DNA from: Phoronis australis
Lineage: Eukaryota > Animalia > Phoronida
Direction: 5' to 3'
Assembly (NCBI GenBank): GCA_002633005.1
Contig: NMRA01000038.1
Coordinates: 643,329-707,328, forward strand
Length of the DNA stretch: 64,000 nucleotides
Shown here: piece after piece, positions 23,101-34,823 of the stretch
How the letters are laid out: each line of letters opens with the position of its first letter
Position numbering within the stretch: the stretch's first letter is position 1
Made by a program: the position numbers and the translations under genes
The notes under the pieces: generated by a model
Told to the model about the DNA's origin: nothing
The model's input: the letters and a program-made list of their open reading frames with translations, nothing else
Databases searched by the model: none

Positions 23101-26100
23101 GAAAGGTGTTAACTTTTCAGAAAATGTATTTTCTAGATTTTCAAGATTCATCACAATGACCTACTGAGCTTCTCGTCATTTTTAAAATTAGATAGTTGCC
23201 TAAAATATTTTACTGGCACCCTCTCTGGAAGATGTTTATCTATGTATGTTGATTCACTTGAACTGGTCACTCTACATTTACTCAAAGCAGGACATACAAT
23301 TAGTCAAATTTCTAGCCAAGTTTTGAATACAGAGACTGAATGTTAAATTAGTAAAATCAGTATTATCTGAAAAAAGGTTTTATTTGGTGCACAAATGTAT
23401 ACAACCTGACTATCCATTCACAAACCTCTGTCTGTAGAGTAAGATGCTGAGAAATCACCGGGCATTCGGCTGCCAGGCTTTTTCATGGCAGAGTTGAAAT
23501 AGTTTTGAAACGGTTCCCTTGAGCCCCGTGTAAGGTTGTTTCGATACCCCGTAAACCTGTCCGTCACACCAATGTAGTCACAGAACAGATCAATTCTATT
23601 CTGCGCATCTTTAGCGTATGGATCAAGTCTCTGAAAACGCAAATTAAAATCATGAACTTGCACAGCACTACACCAGTAGTACAACAAACGATCACCAGCC
23701 AACAATAACTCAAATATAACAGTGGCTGAAGGTTATACATTCATTCTGTTGAATATGACTCAGATCCATTTTCTTGAAGCATATGATTATTGATAAAAGT
23801 TTACACGTAAAAATTGCACTGTATGACTTTATGATGAATAAACTAAATGAATCCATGCTTTTGAAAAAATGAAGGTTGTCATGGTAATTACGCTATTCTG
23901 AAGGTGGTGTGAGAATGTAATGTAATTTCAAGGGATCCAACATTGTTGTAAATTCCCAAAACATTGTCTTATATCAGAGTAAATGGAGTTTGAGGGTATA
24001 CAAATCCTCAATGATCCTGTCCGTGACAGGTATCACAGGTATTACAGGTATTACAGGTATTACAGGTATTACAGGTATATCACAGTAAATGGTGCAAACG
24101 GTGTGAACATGATGGAAGCTCCCATTTGGTTCACTGACATCTTTTATGGAAAACTAGAAAATAATATTTCACTGGTGTACCATATACATGTATTAAATTG
24201 CGGAAATTTTACCATTTTCAATACTTCAATATAATGTTTTGATAACACAATGATTAAAAAAAAACATTCTCCACAAGAAGGTGACCTTACCGCCCGAGCA
24301 TCTTTCAACGTCTCTCTTGCCCAGTGGTGTTTCTCTCTCGCCTCGTTTTCTTGCATAGTTGACAGTTGTTCACCTCTCATATTGTTCTTGTAATCAAACA
24401 GAGTCTGCTGGACTGAGGTCAGGGCACCTGCAGCTCCTACATACATGAAAGGTACTGTTAATGTTTAATGTCACCTCAATGAAAATTCTCGCCAAAAAGT
24501 AACAAATGATCAAAGCTGTTTGGAACCTGCTTTCTATCAAAGATACATGTGATATCTATCACAAAATCAATCACAACTTGCTCTTTAGTTAGATTAGAAG
24601 TAGCTTCTGAAGGAACTGACCCAGTGGTGGATTTAAGGGAGGGCCAAGGGGACCATGGCTTCTCCTGAAACTCTCCCAGATTCCATTTGGCAGTACGGGG
24701 GTGTGAATGTCTGACGGGCAAAATCCTGGGTAGTACACTGCCCTGGCCCCCCCTAACTCAATATCCTGTTTCCACCCCTATGACTGTTCAACATTGCATG
24801 CATTGACCAGGCTCATCAAACTGACTTGTTCCGGATTGTCGTTTTATATGCCAAGCCGTGACGCCTGGACTTCAGCAATGACTACCAGTTCTCTCTGAGC
24901 CCATAAATCATTTTCCATCTAAGTGAAAAAATAGTTCAGGCGAGATCATGTCTTTTATAATACATCACTTAANGAACATGATGGAAGCTCCCATTTGGTT
25001 CACTGATATCTTTTATGGAAAACTAGAAAATAATATTTCACTGGTGTACCATATACATGTATTAAATTGCGGAAATTTTACCATTTTCAATACTTCAATA
25101 TAATGTTTTGATAATACAATGATTCAAAAAAAAACATTCTCCACAAGAAGGCGACCTTACCGCCCGAGCATCTTTCAACGTCTCTCTTGCCCAGTGGTGT
25201 TTCTCTCTCGCCTCATTTTCTTGCATAGTTGACAGTTGTTCACCTCTCATATTGTTCTTGTAATCAAACAGAGTCTGCTGGACTGAGGTCAGGGCACCTG
25301 CAGCTCCTACATACATGAAAGGTACCGTTAATGTTTAATGTCACCTCAATGAAAATTTTCGCCAAAAAGTAACAAATGATCAAAGCTGTTTGGAACCTGC
25401 TTTCTATCAAAGATACATGTGATATCTATCACAAAATCAATCACAACTTGCTCCTTAGTTAGATTAGAAGTGGCTTCTGAAGGAACTGACCCAGTGGCGG
25501 ATTTAAGGGAGGGCCAAGGGGACCATGGCTTCTCCTGAAACTCTCCCAGATTCCATTTGGCAGTACGGGGGTGTGAATGTCTGACAGGCAAAATCCTGGG
25601 TAGTACACTGCCCTGGCCCCCCCTAACTCAATATCCTGTTTCCACCCCTATGACTGTTCAACATTGCATGCATTGACCAGGCTCATCAAACTGACTTGTT
25701 CCGGATTGTCGTTTTATATGCCAAGCCGTGACGCCTGGACTTCAGCAATGACTACCAGTTCTCTCTGAGCCCATAAATCATTTTCCATCTAAGTGAAAAA
25801 ATAGTTCAGGCGAGATCATGTCTTTTATAATACATCACTTAAGTCATGCCATTCAGTTTACTCATATGTCAAGCATCATGCAATTGCCAATCCTGCCACT
25901 TAGGCAAGAACCAGTTAACTTTTTAACAGATCTATTATCTAATTTAATCCTCCCAAAAAGTCCATTTGAATGTCCCTCTCTCCATGTGAGAAACACGCAG
26001 CACATATCCAGGGGCAGATCCAAAGATTTTTTAAAAGGAGTGGGTCAAATTAAGGATTTTTTTGAAAAGGGGGGGTCCAAGTCAACAATATGAAAATTCT

Positions 26101-27045
26101 AGATTAGATATCACTAAAATCAAGGAAAAAGGAGGTCTGGACCCCCCTGGATCCGCCTTGCTTCAACGATATAGTAAGATGATTTTATTTTCATGTGAAA
26201 GTATTTCTTAATTGATAACTGGGAAATAATTACTCACAAGAGGGGGAGGAATGGAGGATATTGACTCTAGAAGGAGCACCATCTCTGAAGGCCCCCTTAA
26301 TTAGCCTTATAACACTAATAATTGACATCCAGCAGGACTCCTATAGTCGGCCATCTAGGTTATCAAGACATGACAAATATCGCAAGATGACAAGTGCACC
26401 AATTCATCACATACTGGTAAAATATAAATACATAGGAAGGAGAATTAGTACTTGAATCACAGAAAACTTTTAAAATCCAGGATACTGTGTTCTGCCTGTT
26501 GTTCCGAGTGTTGACTGAAGATGGTCAACACTAGACAAGTGTACGTAAATCAGCAGCGGACACTTTCGCATTGAACCTAATTGTTTTGTTATATTGCTAA
26601 TTTTTAAAATTAAAGAACATGCGTGTTCAATCAATAAGTTTCAGAATGCCGAAGTATGAGGTCAAAGCCAAGTAAAACGCACACCTCAGAATAATTGTGA
26701 TTGAGTCATGGCCTTTTGTTTACATTCTCAAAAGATCGTCCTGTGTTCGCAAAAAAAATCATTTAACACAAAAAAATGTATTATATAGACACTCATACCT
26801 GCACGATCTCTCATGGTTGCTTCTGGGTCAAATCTGTTTCCCCAGTCCTTGGACGAGCTCTGTAACTGGGCGTCCAACTTCAGATGGTCCAAGCCGCTGT
26901 TGATGGCCACCATTTCTCGCGCGGTTTCGTCCGTCACATAAAACCTGCCCGATTTCATAACTTCGCCAATATCTCTTTTCGACGTTTCCACACCACTGAA
27001 CAGGGGCCTGTCAGCGTTTGTGGGGCGTTGAGATGTGGCCAGCAT
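19849..27045 (-). CDS. Uncharacterised 333-aa protein, 5 coding exons; candidate ciliary microtubule-inner/Mn-motif protein
   Basis: Exons 27045-26799, 25306-25161 (or duplicate 24436-24291), 23630-23426, 21568-21491, 20174-19849. All GT-AG, phases 1,0,1,1, giving a 1002-nt open frame. C-terminal motifs TEYMTRYKKP and TEYQTRYEWP. Confidence 0.82.
20246..20356. repeat. Short inverted-repeat (MITE-like) element
   Basis: tgagc..aaattcacttacta pairs with tagtaagtgaattt..gctca. Confidence 0.55.
20818..21165. repeat. Three copies of a ~50-bp segment
   Basis: gccctatattcaagtgcaagtt(c/t)tccaaactgaatatggcagtattcaaa at ~20818, ~21042 and ~21116. Confidence 0.85.
21491..21568 (-). CDS. Exon 4 of the uncharacterised gene
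   Basis: tttcag|..QNLPAAQATLKQRLGQSLPTSFDPT.|gtaagt, phase 1-1. Confidence 0.75.
23426..23630 (-). CDS. Exon 3 of the uncharacterised gene
   Basis: ttttcag|RLDPYAKDAQNRIDLFCDYIGVTDRFTGYRNN...SYSTDR.|gtttgt. Confidence 0.8.
24025..24078. repeat. 9-bp repeat (tacaggtat)n
   Basis: About 6 copies. Confidence 0.9.
24291..24436 (-). CDS. Duplicate of exon 2 of the uncharacterised gene (probably allelic)
   Basis: Same peptide as 25161-25306 with one synonymous change. Confidence 0.6.
25161..25306 (-). CDS. Exon 2 of the uncharacterised gene
   Basis: atgtag|..AAGALTSVQQTLFDYKNNMRGEQLSTMQENEAREKHHWARETLKDARA|gtaagg. Confidence 0.8.
26799..27045 (-). CDS. Exon 1 of the uncharacterised gene
   Basis: caaaATG; MLATSQRPTNADRPLFSG...ATMRDRA G|gtatgagt. 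Confidence 0.82.
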
Positions 27046-27537
27046 TTTGTCGGAGTTTATAAAAAGCAGGTTCAGAAGTTAGCGATGAACAGACCCACCA
27101 CAGAATCCAACGTGGATACGCAACGCGACTAGGCTAGCAACCGGGTCATGACGTCACACCAAGTTAGTGCTTCCACCTGGCGGCAGGCGAATGCTCGGTT
27201 ATTGTTGAAGTCGAGTTTCTAAATAAAACTTGATCAGTATGCCTGTTATGTGTGCTCATGACCAATTTATCAGTTGTCTTTTACTACTGATTGTTGTTAT
27301 ATTATTTAAGTGAGCTTGGAGGCAAACAACCAGCCCGGCCCGCCCATATTTTGCAAAATGCATTTAAGTTGCCCACACACTTCATGACAGGGGGGCCCGG
27401 CTCAGCTGTGGCAAGTTTCAAGTAATAAGTCATTACTATATATTCACAGTTATGTAATGGACATATATTTGGCATTAGTTAACAGAGAATTTCGTCTAAA
27501 CGTGGGACTTACAGGGTTTAGAACGGTTCAGTAATAC

Positions 27538-27699
27538 CAGGGGAGGATCCAGGATTTTGAGGGGGGGGTGCAGGGCAGAGTATTAGCCAGGATTTTGCTC
27601 GTCCGACATTCGCACCCCCGAACTGCCGAATGTAATCTGGGAGAATTTTAGGAGGGAGGTGGGCATAGCCCCCTTGGCCTCCCTCTAAATCCGCCACTG
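27538..27699. mobile_element. CAGTGGCGGA/CAGGGG MITE, 5-bp TSD AATAC
   Basis: aatac|caggggaggatcc...aaatccgccactg|aatac; reverse orientation relative to the 18021 copy. Confidence 0.8.
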
Positions 27700-28245
27700 A
27701 ATACAAAGTGTGGTTGAGTTGGCTTAATTCACGGTCCTGTACTTTAAGTTATGTTTCAGGTAGTGAGACACCGCGCAGAGATCTCAAACAAACCCATGTA
27801 GGATTTATACTAATACATGGATGATTATGCTTTTTTCAAATCACGGAATACAGTATTGCAAGGACATAGCCACCAGATACTTCAACGTGCATCGTACACA
27901 GAAATGGAATTTTTATTCTTTAGTTAATTTTTCAAAACTTTACTTTAATAACTCTTTCCCGAGTCTTGAATTCAAAACATCATAAAAAAGTGTACTGAGT
28001 AGTTTGTGATAGTTACTCTGCATATAAAGACGCAGAACACGGATGCAGTCTTATTGTTCGCTTTCATCTGTGCGTACTTGGTGCAGAAGGAAGAACATTG
28101 AATATGGTACTGTCGCCCCTTGTGGAAGTTGCAATAAACTCGCTCTCAGATGAAGAAACTAAATTTTAATTCAGACTACTTACCACAAAAAAATTCTCTC
28201 AACATGTTCCAAGCTCAAATCAGACAAATGAGAAGTAATTGTTTG

Positions 28246-28354
28246 GCCTTGCAATAACAGTCAGTTCGAGTCGCCTTGCAATAACAGCCAGTTCGAGTCG
28301 CCTTGCAATAACAGTCAGTTCGAGTCGCCTTGCAATAACAGTCAGTTCGAGTCG
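28246..28354. repeat. 27-bp tandem repeat, 4 copies
   Basis: gccttgcaataacagtcagttcgagtc at 28246, 28273, 28300 and 28327. Confidence 0.92.
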
Positions 28355-31300
28355 TTCTTCCTTGAGACCACACGGATCATGACACACCGTTTTAAATACA
28401 CGAAGTCAGCTTCTTCCAATTTTAGACTCATTTAGAGTTAAGTCCGTACTTAATGCGCCTTTATGTTTGATGTATTAGTCAGACAATACTCAACCACGAT
28501 AACCATACTTCAACTATCAAAATTTGATTGTCTGAGCATCAAACTTTCGGACATAGTTTGAGTGCCCCAAACAAAAATGGCCCTGTTTCCTGGATGGTAT
28601 GATTGAGTGGTTACAAGAAAGTATACACAACACATGTCGCCTATCGCCTCGTTCAGTGTTGTCAGAAGTTAATTGTGTATTTATTAAAGAATTAAGCATA
28701 TCAGCTGATCTTGTCAAATCTCGAGTCACCATAACAGTAAATGGAACGAATATGTATCTTGCTTTGCTCCGGAGCTCACGATTTGAGCTACCGTGAGACG
28801 AAAGGTTTAATTTTTTTGAACTGGCGCACTTGCTTTATGCGAACCATGTGGCTGTTTTGAAAACTATATTACGAAGTTACACGATCTCTGTCTATTGCCA
28901 GCCATCAGATCTGTCACTTAGATTAACACCGATTTCTAATTAACTACAGTTCAACAAGCTCGTCAGCATGTTCGACAACAATGTAGGACCACACATCTGG
29001 GTCGGTGAAGTGCAAGTAGAAGCAAGTGATGAAAATAACTGCTCAAGATCATTATTTTGATAGATTTTTTTACTTTATTGCCCGTATCAACTGAACAAAC
29101 GAAACAGAAAAAAACCTGCTGACTGTAGGCGTAGGCTAATGAAAATTCTGCTGTCTGCGTGTGGCACGTGCACTATTCAAAAAGGTGACAGACTTATTTT
29201 GTATCTTTAGTTCATCTTTGGCTATTTCGTCCTGTGCAGTTAACTAAAACACTAAAATCAAATTATAATGCCTTTCCTTCTAATAAAATAGGTCTCACAA
29301 CATTTGTTGCAGTAATAGGATTCGGTATTTCAGTTGGCCAACCCTAACTGCGAATTCCAAAATGGTGCGTTAACGTATTACCTGAAACTTGAGTTGTACA
29401 CATATCTACAGTCAAATATTTCATTGTAAACTTCAGTTTAAAGTTGGTGGTTCTTGACCTTCGGCCACTACACGGCGTGCCATTTTATAAACAGCATTTT
29501 TAGTGGAATTAATATGGCAGTCACCAATCTCTAGTCAGTTTTGCTTAGAGTTCGAAAGGTTTCGGTCATTCCTACAAACAAGGTATTTGAGAAATAAATT
29601 ACACGTAAGATATCCTATCTCCATTTGAGAATGTAATACGTGTTTTCAGTCATAGGTGGCAGCAGGTACGTGGCCCTTCCAGCCGACGTAATAATGATAA
29701 CGAGTGGTAGAACAAACAAAATTACACCTACGTGAACAAATTATAAAAGTTGCTTTGCCGGGCAACTATAGGGTAACTAAGCTGTCATTGGAGCTTTTTT
29801 AACCAAGGTTAAACTCCCAGTTGTCGTCACAGACGATTGACATGGTTCGTAACTAGTTACGGCCTGAAACTGAAGTTGAGACACGTTATTTGCAATGTCC
29901 CATGAGGCGTGGAGTCGCGTTCGCAGCCACATGCCTGTGCGTATCTTCCAGGCTTACAATCATATAATAATGTATTTGACAAGACAATGGCCCATAGTCT
30001 TTTTTACGATTGGACTGTGGGAGTTCAAGCAGATTGAGTGGTTTCGTCAAACGCAGTTAGGCCACCGACTCGATCCTATTACACCGTCAGTTGCCGTTGC
30101 GTTTTCCAATGAGCGCAAAGCAAATGCTGTAATATTACGGTATCATGACTATCCGCGGTGGCAAGTTATTGCACAACTGCCTTCACGCGATTAGAAAGCG
30201 TAAAGTTTTGTTAGTACGTGGTCTGGTGCATCAGAATACGGAACTAAGACGGCACGCTCTTGTTAAGGCGAGTTCATATTTCACGCGGACGTGCTGTGAC
30301 CATGTTTCAAACATGTGATTGCTAGCCAAATCCACACCAGATACTAGTGAAGAAAATGAAACGTTTTGCAACATATTAGGAAAGCGACATTCACAGTTAT
30401 ATTGGGGTTGTTTATGCTGACGAATGGCCCTGGCGCCTTCATCCGAACGTGGGGCCCGCCTATCATGTTTTAATGTCCCGCATGAACTTTTCGTCGTTAG
30501 TTCTCTGTATACAGCTGATCTGTACTATAAGCGTTCAAGACTCATCAAACAAATCATTTTTCTGCGCTTCTTTGATTTTTGTGGGCCAAGCTGGAGGGCG
30601 ACCCGCTTCCTACCCCCCCCCCGGCCCCACCGTTATTACTAAATTCAGTGCCAGAATTGCTTAATCAGCCTCTGTAAGCATATTTAGTTTCCACTGAAGA
30701 ATACACGTAACATTTCAACTGACTCCTCCTTGGGACCTGGGATTGTTTGGCTTAGATTAAATGTTACACATCATTCGGGTCTTGAACGTAGTATACTTTT
30801 GAACGAGACTTTTTCTACGGTTACGACCGCATATGTCTATACTCAATTAAAACACGCAGCCTTGGTATAAATGAGACATGCCTGAATATTACACACCTTT
30901 TGTACTGAGACGACTTTGTTGTTTTTCATCCACCAACTGCATTTCAATAAGCCAACACTAGGCTCGTAATATATTGCTAGTGATATCTACTTCCACTTAT
31001 CTCCATTCCATTTCTCTCAGCCCGGTTACGGAATTTCCGAGAAGTGAATTATTTCATCTTTCTTGGTTGTCTCCACCAAAGTAACATTTTACAAAATCTT
31101 AGAGTTTCAAAGGCTTTGAATGTCGATTTAAAACGGTTCTTTCGGGAGATATCGCGAAATGTCGTCATCATTCCGGCAACACAAGTACTAGCATGGTAGC
31201 CCACTCGCTGAGGACCCGGTGGCGCAACCTAGTGACTGCCACCAATACAACTGTAGAGTCACATCCCGTCGAAAAGAATCCAACTGTGGCCGTACAAGCC

Positions 31301-31675
31301 TCGTTCTTGGGCCTTTATCTCGCAGTCTGCTTCGTGCATGCTGAAAATATAGTTAGGGTTATGTCAAACCTTACTTATAAAAATGGCCATTTGTACAATA
31401 TTTCACGTATGTATAGCAAAATAACTTATCTTCATTCTCAAATACAAAACATATACCGTGTAGCGACAAAAAATAGCACCACCTTGGTACCGCACAACCG
31501 GGTGGATATTTATTTACTACTTATCCGAGGTCAAAGCTTACAGGGATGTCACTCAAATCGCATCTCCCGCCAGGTACAGAGCAGCTTCGTATGCACCGGC
31601 TGAGTCGCCATAATATTGAGTCAACGAGGTGTACATATGATAGAACACAAAGACAAAACGTAGTCTTGATCCTGA

Positions 31676-31892
31676 GCTGAGTATATCTTCCAAAACGCTA
31701 ATTGTTCATAAAATTGTAAAAAAATATTTTGTTACTGAAAAATACATAAGAGGTCTAGAAAGCAGTTCACTTAGTGCAGCCCTCGAACGATTTAAATATT
31801 CGGTTCATTCTTTAATGATAGTCAAGGGAAGATTTGCTAATCTTGATAGAGAGAAGAGAACATGTCTCTGCTGCAATAGCGGTAAAGTGAAA
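31676..31892 (+). mobile_element. LINE (RTEX-like) ORF2 C-terminal remnant
   Basis: Reads SAALERFKYSVHSLMIVKGRFANLDREKRTCLCCNSGKVK, the L.RF..S.H.L.I..GR......R.R.C..C pattern that precedes the CCHC knuckle of RTEX-type LINEs. Confidence 0.65.
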
Positions 31893-32150
31893 TCTTGAAT
31901 GGAAATTATATTCTGATTTGCACAGACATTTTTGCCACCTGAAAAAGGTGCTTCTGTAAATTTCAACCTTTACGGTAATAATGATTTAAAGTACAAATAT
32001 TTTGTCTATTTTTCCTTCTTTTTACAGCAGAATAAAATCATGTGACGACATAAAGTATGAACAAATCAAAATGTATGAACATGTACCATCAAGAAAAATA
32101 TCTGTGGATCTGTAAACCTCGTCAATCCTCTGAGAAACAATAAGTCTCTT

Positions 32151-32323
32151 GGAAATGAGACAAAAGTCAACTAACAAACGCGCAATTCACGGTGGTGCGC
32201 CCTTTTTTTATTTTTTATTTGTTTTTTTTATTTTAGCCCGCCCGCTTTTTGTTCCCAAAATGTCCACATCGTCAGAAATTCGAGAATTCGAGCCCCCCAT
32301 ATTGAAGGCTGGGTGAGCGCATG
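32151..32323. mobile_element. Truncated copy of the CATGCGC-terminus MITE (full copy at 51403)
   Basis: Shares aaatgagacaaaa..caaacgcgcaattcac..ttcgagcccccc.tattgaaggct.ggtg.gcgcatg with 51493-51641. Confidence 0.7.
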
Positions 32324-33832
32324 TTCCAGAACTTCATCTCATAGTTCAGATCTTAAGATTTCACCCTCCACCGTCTGCGTGTTTCCATCGCGCAGCCAGT
32401 TTTAGAGGTGGCAGCAATTAGAGAAAAGAAGCCACTGGTCTGGGCCTCTTTTAACCAGACATCTCTAATAAACCGTTTTTTTGGCCATTCTTCGTTAACC
32501 TCATGTCTTTAGACACGGGTGCAGAGGTACATTTGACACTAGTTCTTTGTCCAAATGAAAATTTCCGTCAAGAACGCATTCACGTCATGAGCAAATCTGT
32601 AGCTCAATTTTCCTTTGTGTAGCGCCCACCTAGACCCAGTCTCATTAGAAGTGAGCCGTCGTCATCTCTCTTCATAAAAAGCCGATGGATGTGCTGATGC
32701 TCTAAGTGCATTCTGGGCATACACCCACTGCTTTGCAATATCGTCTGCTGCAAATTAAAAAACTTACAGTCACTACTTTTATTTAAATCACCGAGCATTA
32801 ATAGCTTGACACCTGGCAACCAAAAAGGTGCATTTTCAGTTGAATTTCTAGGCATGAAATCAAAAAAGACCAAACTTTTTACCTTTATTTCATCGTCTAC
32901 AATTTCAAGAATCATTTTGTGACAACTTGCTATATCCTTACTAATAACTTAGTTTAAGTTTGGGTATTTAAACTAAGTGGTACAACTAAACGAGTGCCAA
33001 CACGAAGAGAGGTAATTTTCTTTGAAAATTATTTTTTTGGACTGGTTAATGAATATTATACTTACCTACACAGTATCGAATATCAGTCCCCAATCTACAC
33101 GGATTAGTGCTGTTACCAAAAGAGGTCATTTTAAGCTGATTTTTTGCACGTTTCAAGCAAAAATTTAAGGGGTATAAAATAGACAGAGAGGTCATTGAGT
33201 GTATTATGATGGTTGGTATCGTTTGAGGTGGATATGAATCCACTAGTAAAATTTTAGCCAATTCTGTGACGGGTCATGTAGATTTTTTTGATTCCATAGG
33301 TTCCCTCAGAAATTGATACTTAGTTTGTTCCAGTGGGGTTGTGCAATCGTAAAAACTCAAAAACAGGTCATTAATCAAGAGGATTGAATTAATAACTGAG
33401 ACGTGCTTTGAACGTTTATCACAATAAATTACAGGAACACGATAATCACTCAGGTGACGCCTTGAAGCCGGTTAGACTGTTCCCAAGGGACGTCAGCATG
33501 TTTCGTCGACGAGTCTCGATATAAATTTGACAGTGTGTTTGAAGAAAACAATATTCGTAGAATATAGATAATTTGAAATGTCAAGTTCTCAAAACTACGT
33601 TAAAAATTCAAGCTGAAACTGCTTAGACTGCCAGGAATGGCTTCTTACACGCCCCCTGCCGTGCGACACTCAAGACGTCTGTTTATTTGTGTTTACCTAT
33701 TGTATCTATAGTTTCTAATCTTGACTTTATGTCCGTTATTTATAGGTGGTGAGGTCGAGGCGCGCGGCGTAACCGTACACTTTGAGGTAATCCAATTACT
33801 GGATAAATTATAACAGATTAAAGACAGCTTCT

Positions 33833-33841
33833 CAGGTGAGT
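33833..33841 (+). other. Candidate splice donor of a non-coding first exon of the PLAC8-family gene
   Basis: Perfect CAG|GTGAGT about 920 nt upstream of an acceptor (ttttaag) that sits 2 nt before the ATG. Confidence 0.45.
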
Positions 33842-34756
33842 TTGGTTTACAAGATACGTGTCTGCTTGAAAAACAGTTGCCGTCGTTTTTCTACAGAGGC
33901 GTATCTGCTTCTGGATCAAGCGAGTCTTCTAAATCCATCGGTTGTAGTCCATGAAGGTTTCACGAGGCGTAGGAATTTTTTAAGTTGCACAGTTCATAAA
34001 GTTAGTGCCGCATCAAGATCGATTTAATTTTTACAATTTTGCAATGACAGAATTTCTCACAATCACAAGCATCCTGACACGTTTCTGTTAGTTGATAATA
34101 AATCACATTTTCAGGAGTAGTAAAGTACGGTATGGAGTTACGTATTTTGAAATAATTTATCAATCATTTAGACGCTACTTCTTCCAGAGAACCGACTTCA
34201 TAGAACAGTTTTTTCCTGCTACTTTATTCTCGACCGTTTCACATTGACGAAACAAGTATCTAGAGACTTTTCGACATTCAATACTGATCGACGGTAACTT
34301 GTTGATCAGATTGTGCGTACGTTTCTTAGGTCATAAATTTTTTGTGATTCTCGATTGCGGTTTTATGGACGTGAGATATAAAAAATCCATTTCCTCTCTC
34401 AAGTAAGTCTCATATCGCCAGTATCAAACGTGTATAATATGTTAAAGGTACTTTTTCCTTTACTTTCACCTACTTAGAACACAAAATGAGTTTTGCCAGT
34501 CAAAAATATCTCTAAAATTAACACTTTTCGTAAATTACAGCCATACCCCCGTTATTTTACTATTAATCTTTTAAAATTTATGAAAAGTGGGCGGACTTTC
34601 AGCGAAACGTCATTATTTATGCTGCATTACCATTGGAGTAATTACCCATAACCTACAGGAACAGGGTGACGAGAGAAAGAATAACTTGTTAACTTTTTAA
34701 ATGAGTGAAAACGTTCCTGTATTATCTGATTGCCATCGTCCTTTGTATTTTAAGCA

Positions 34757-34823
34757 ATGGAAAGCCAAAATCAGCGGGAATGGTCCAGTGGCCTGCTCGG
34801 TTGCTGCTCCGACTGCAAAGGCT
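34757..34823 (+). CDS. PLAC8-family coding exon 1
   Basis: MESQNQREWSSGLLGCCSDCKG T|gtaagt. Confidence 0.92.

Larger units (their letters stand above)
24105..25842. repeat. Near-identical 868-bp direct duplication (24105-24972 and 24974-25842) across N at 24973; probably haplotype duplication
   Basis: The copies abut the N exactly and differ by a few SNPs. Confidence 0.88.

Noticed and set aside
24476-25591. Duplicated 81-aa ORFs (MPVRHSHP...)
   Set aside because: They start inside a MITE within an intron and are duplicated only because of the N-join duplication.
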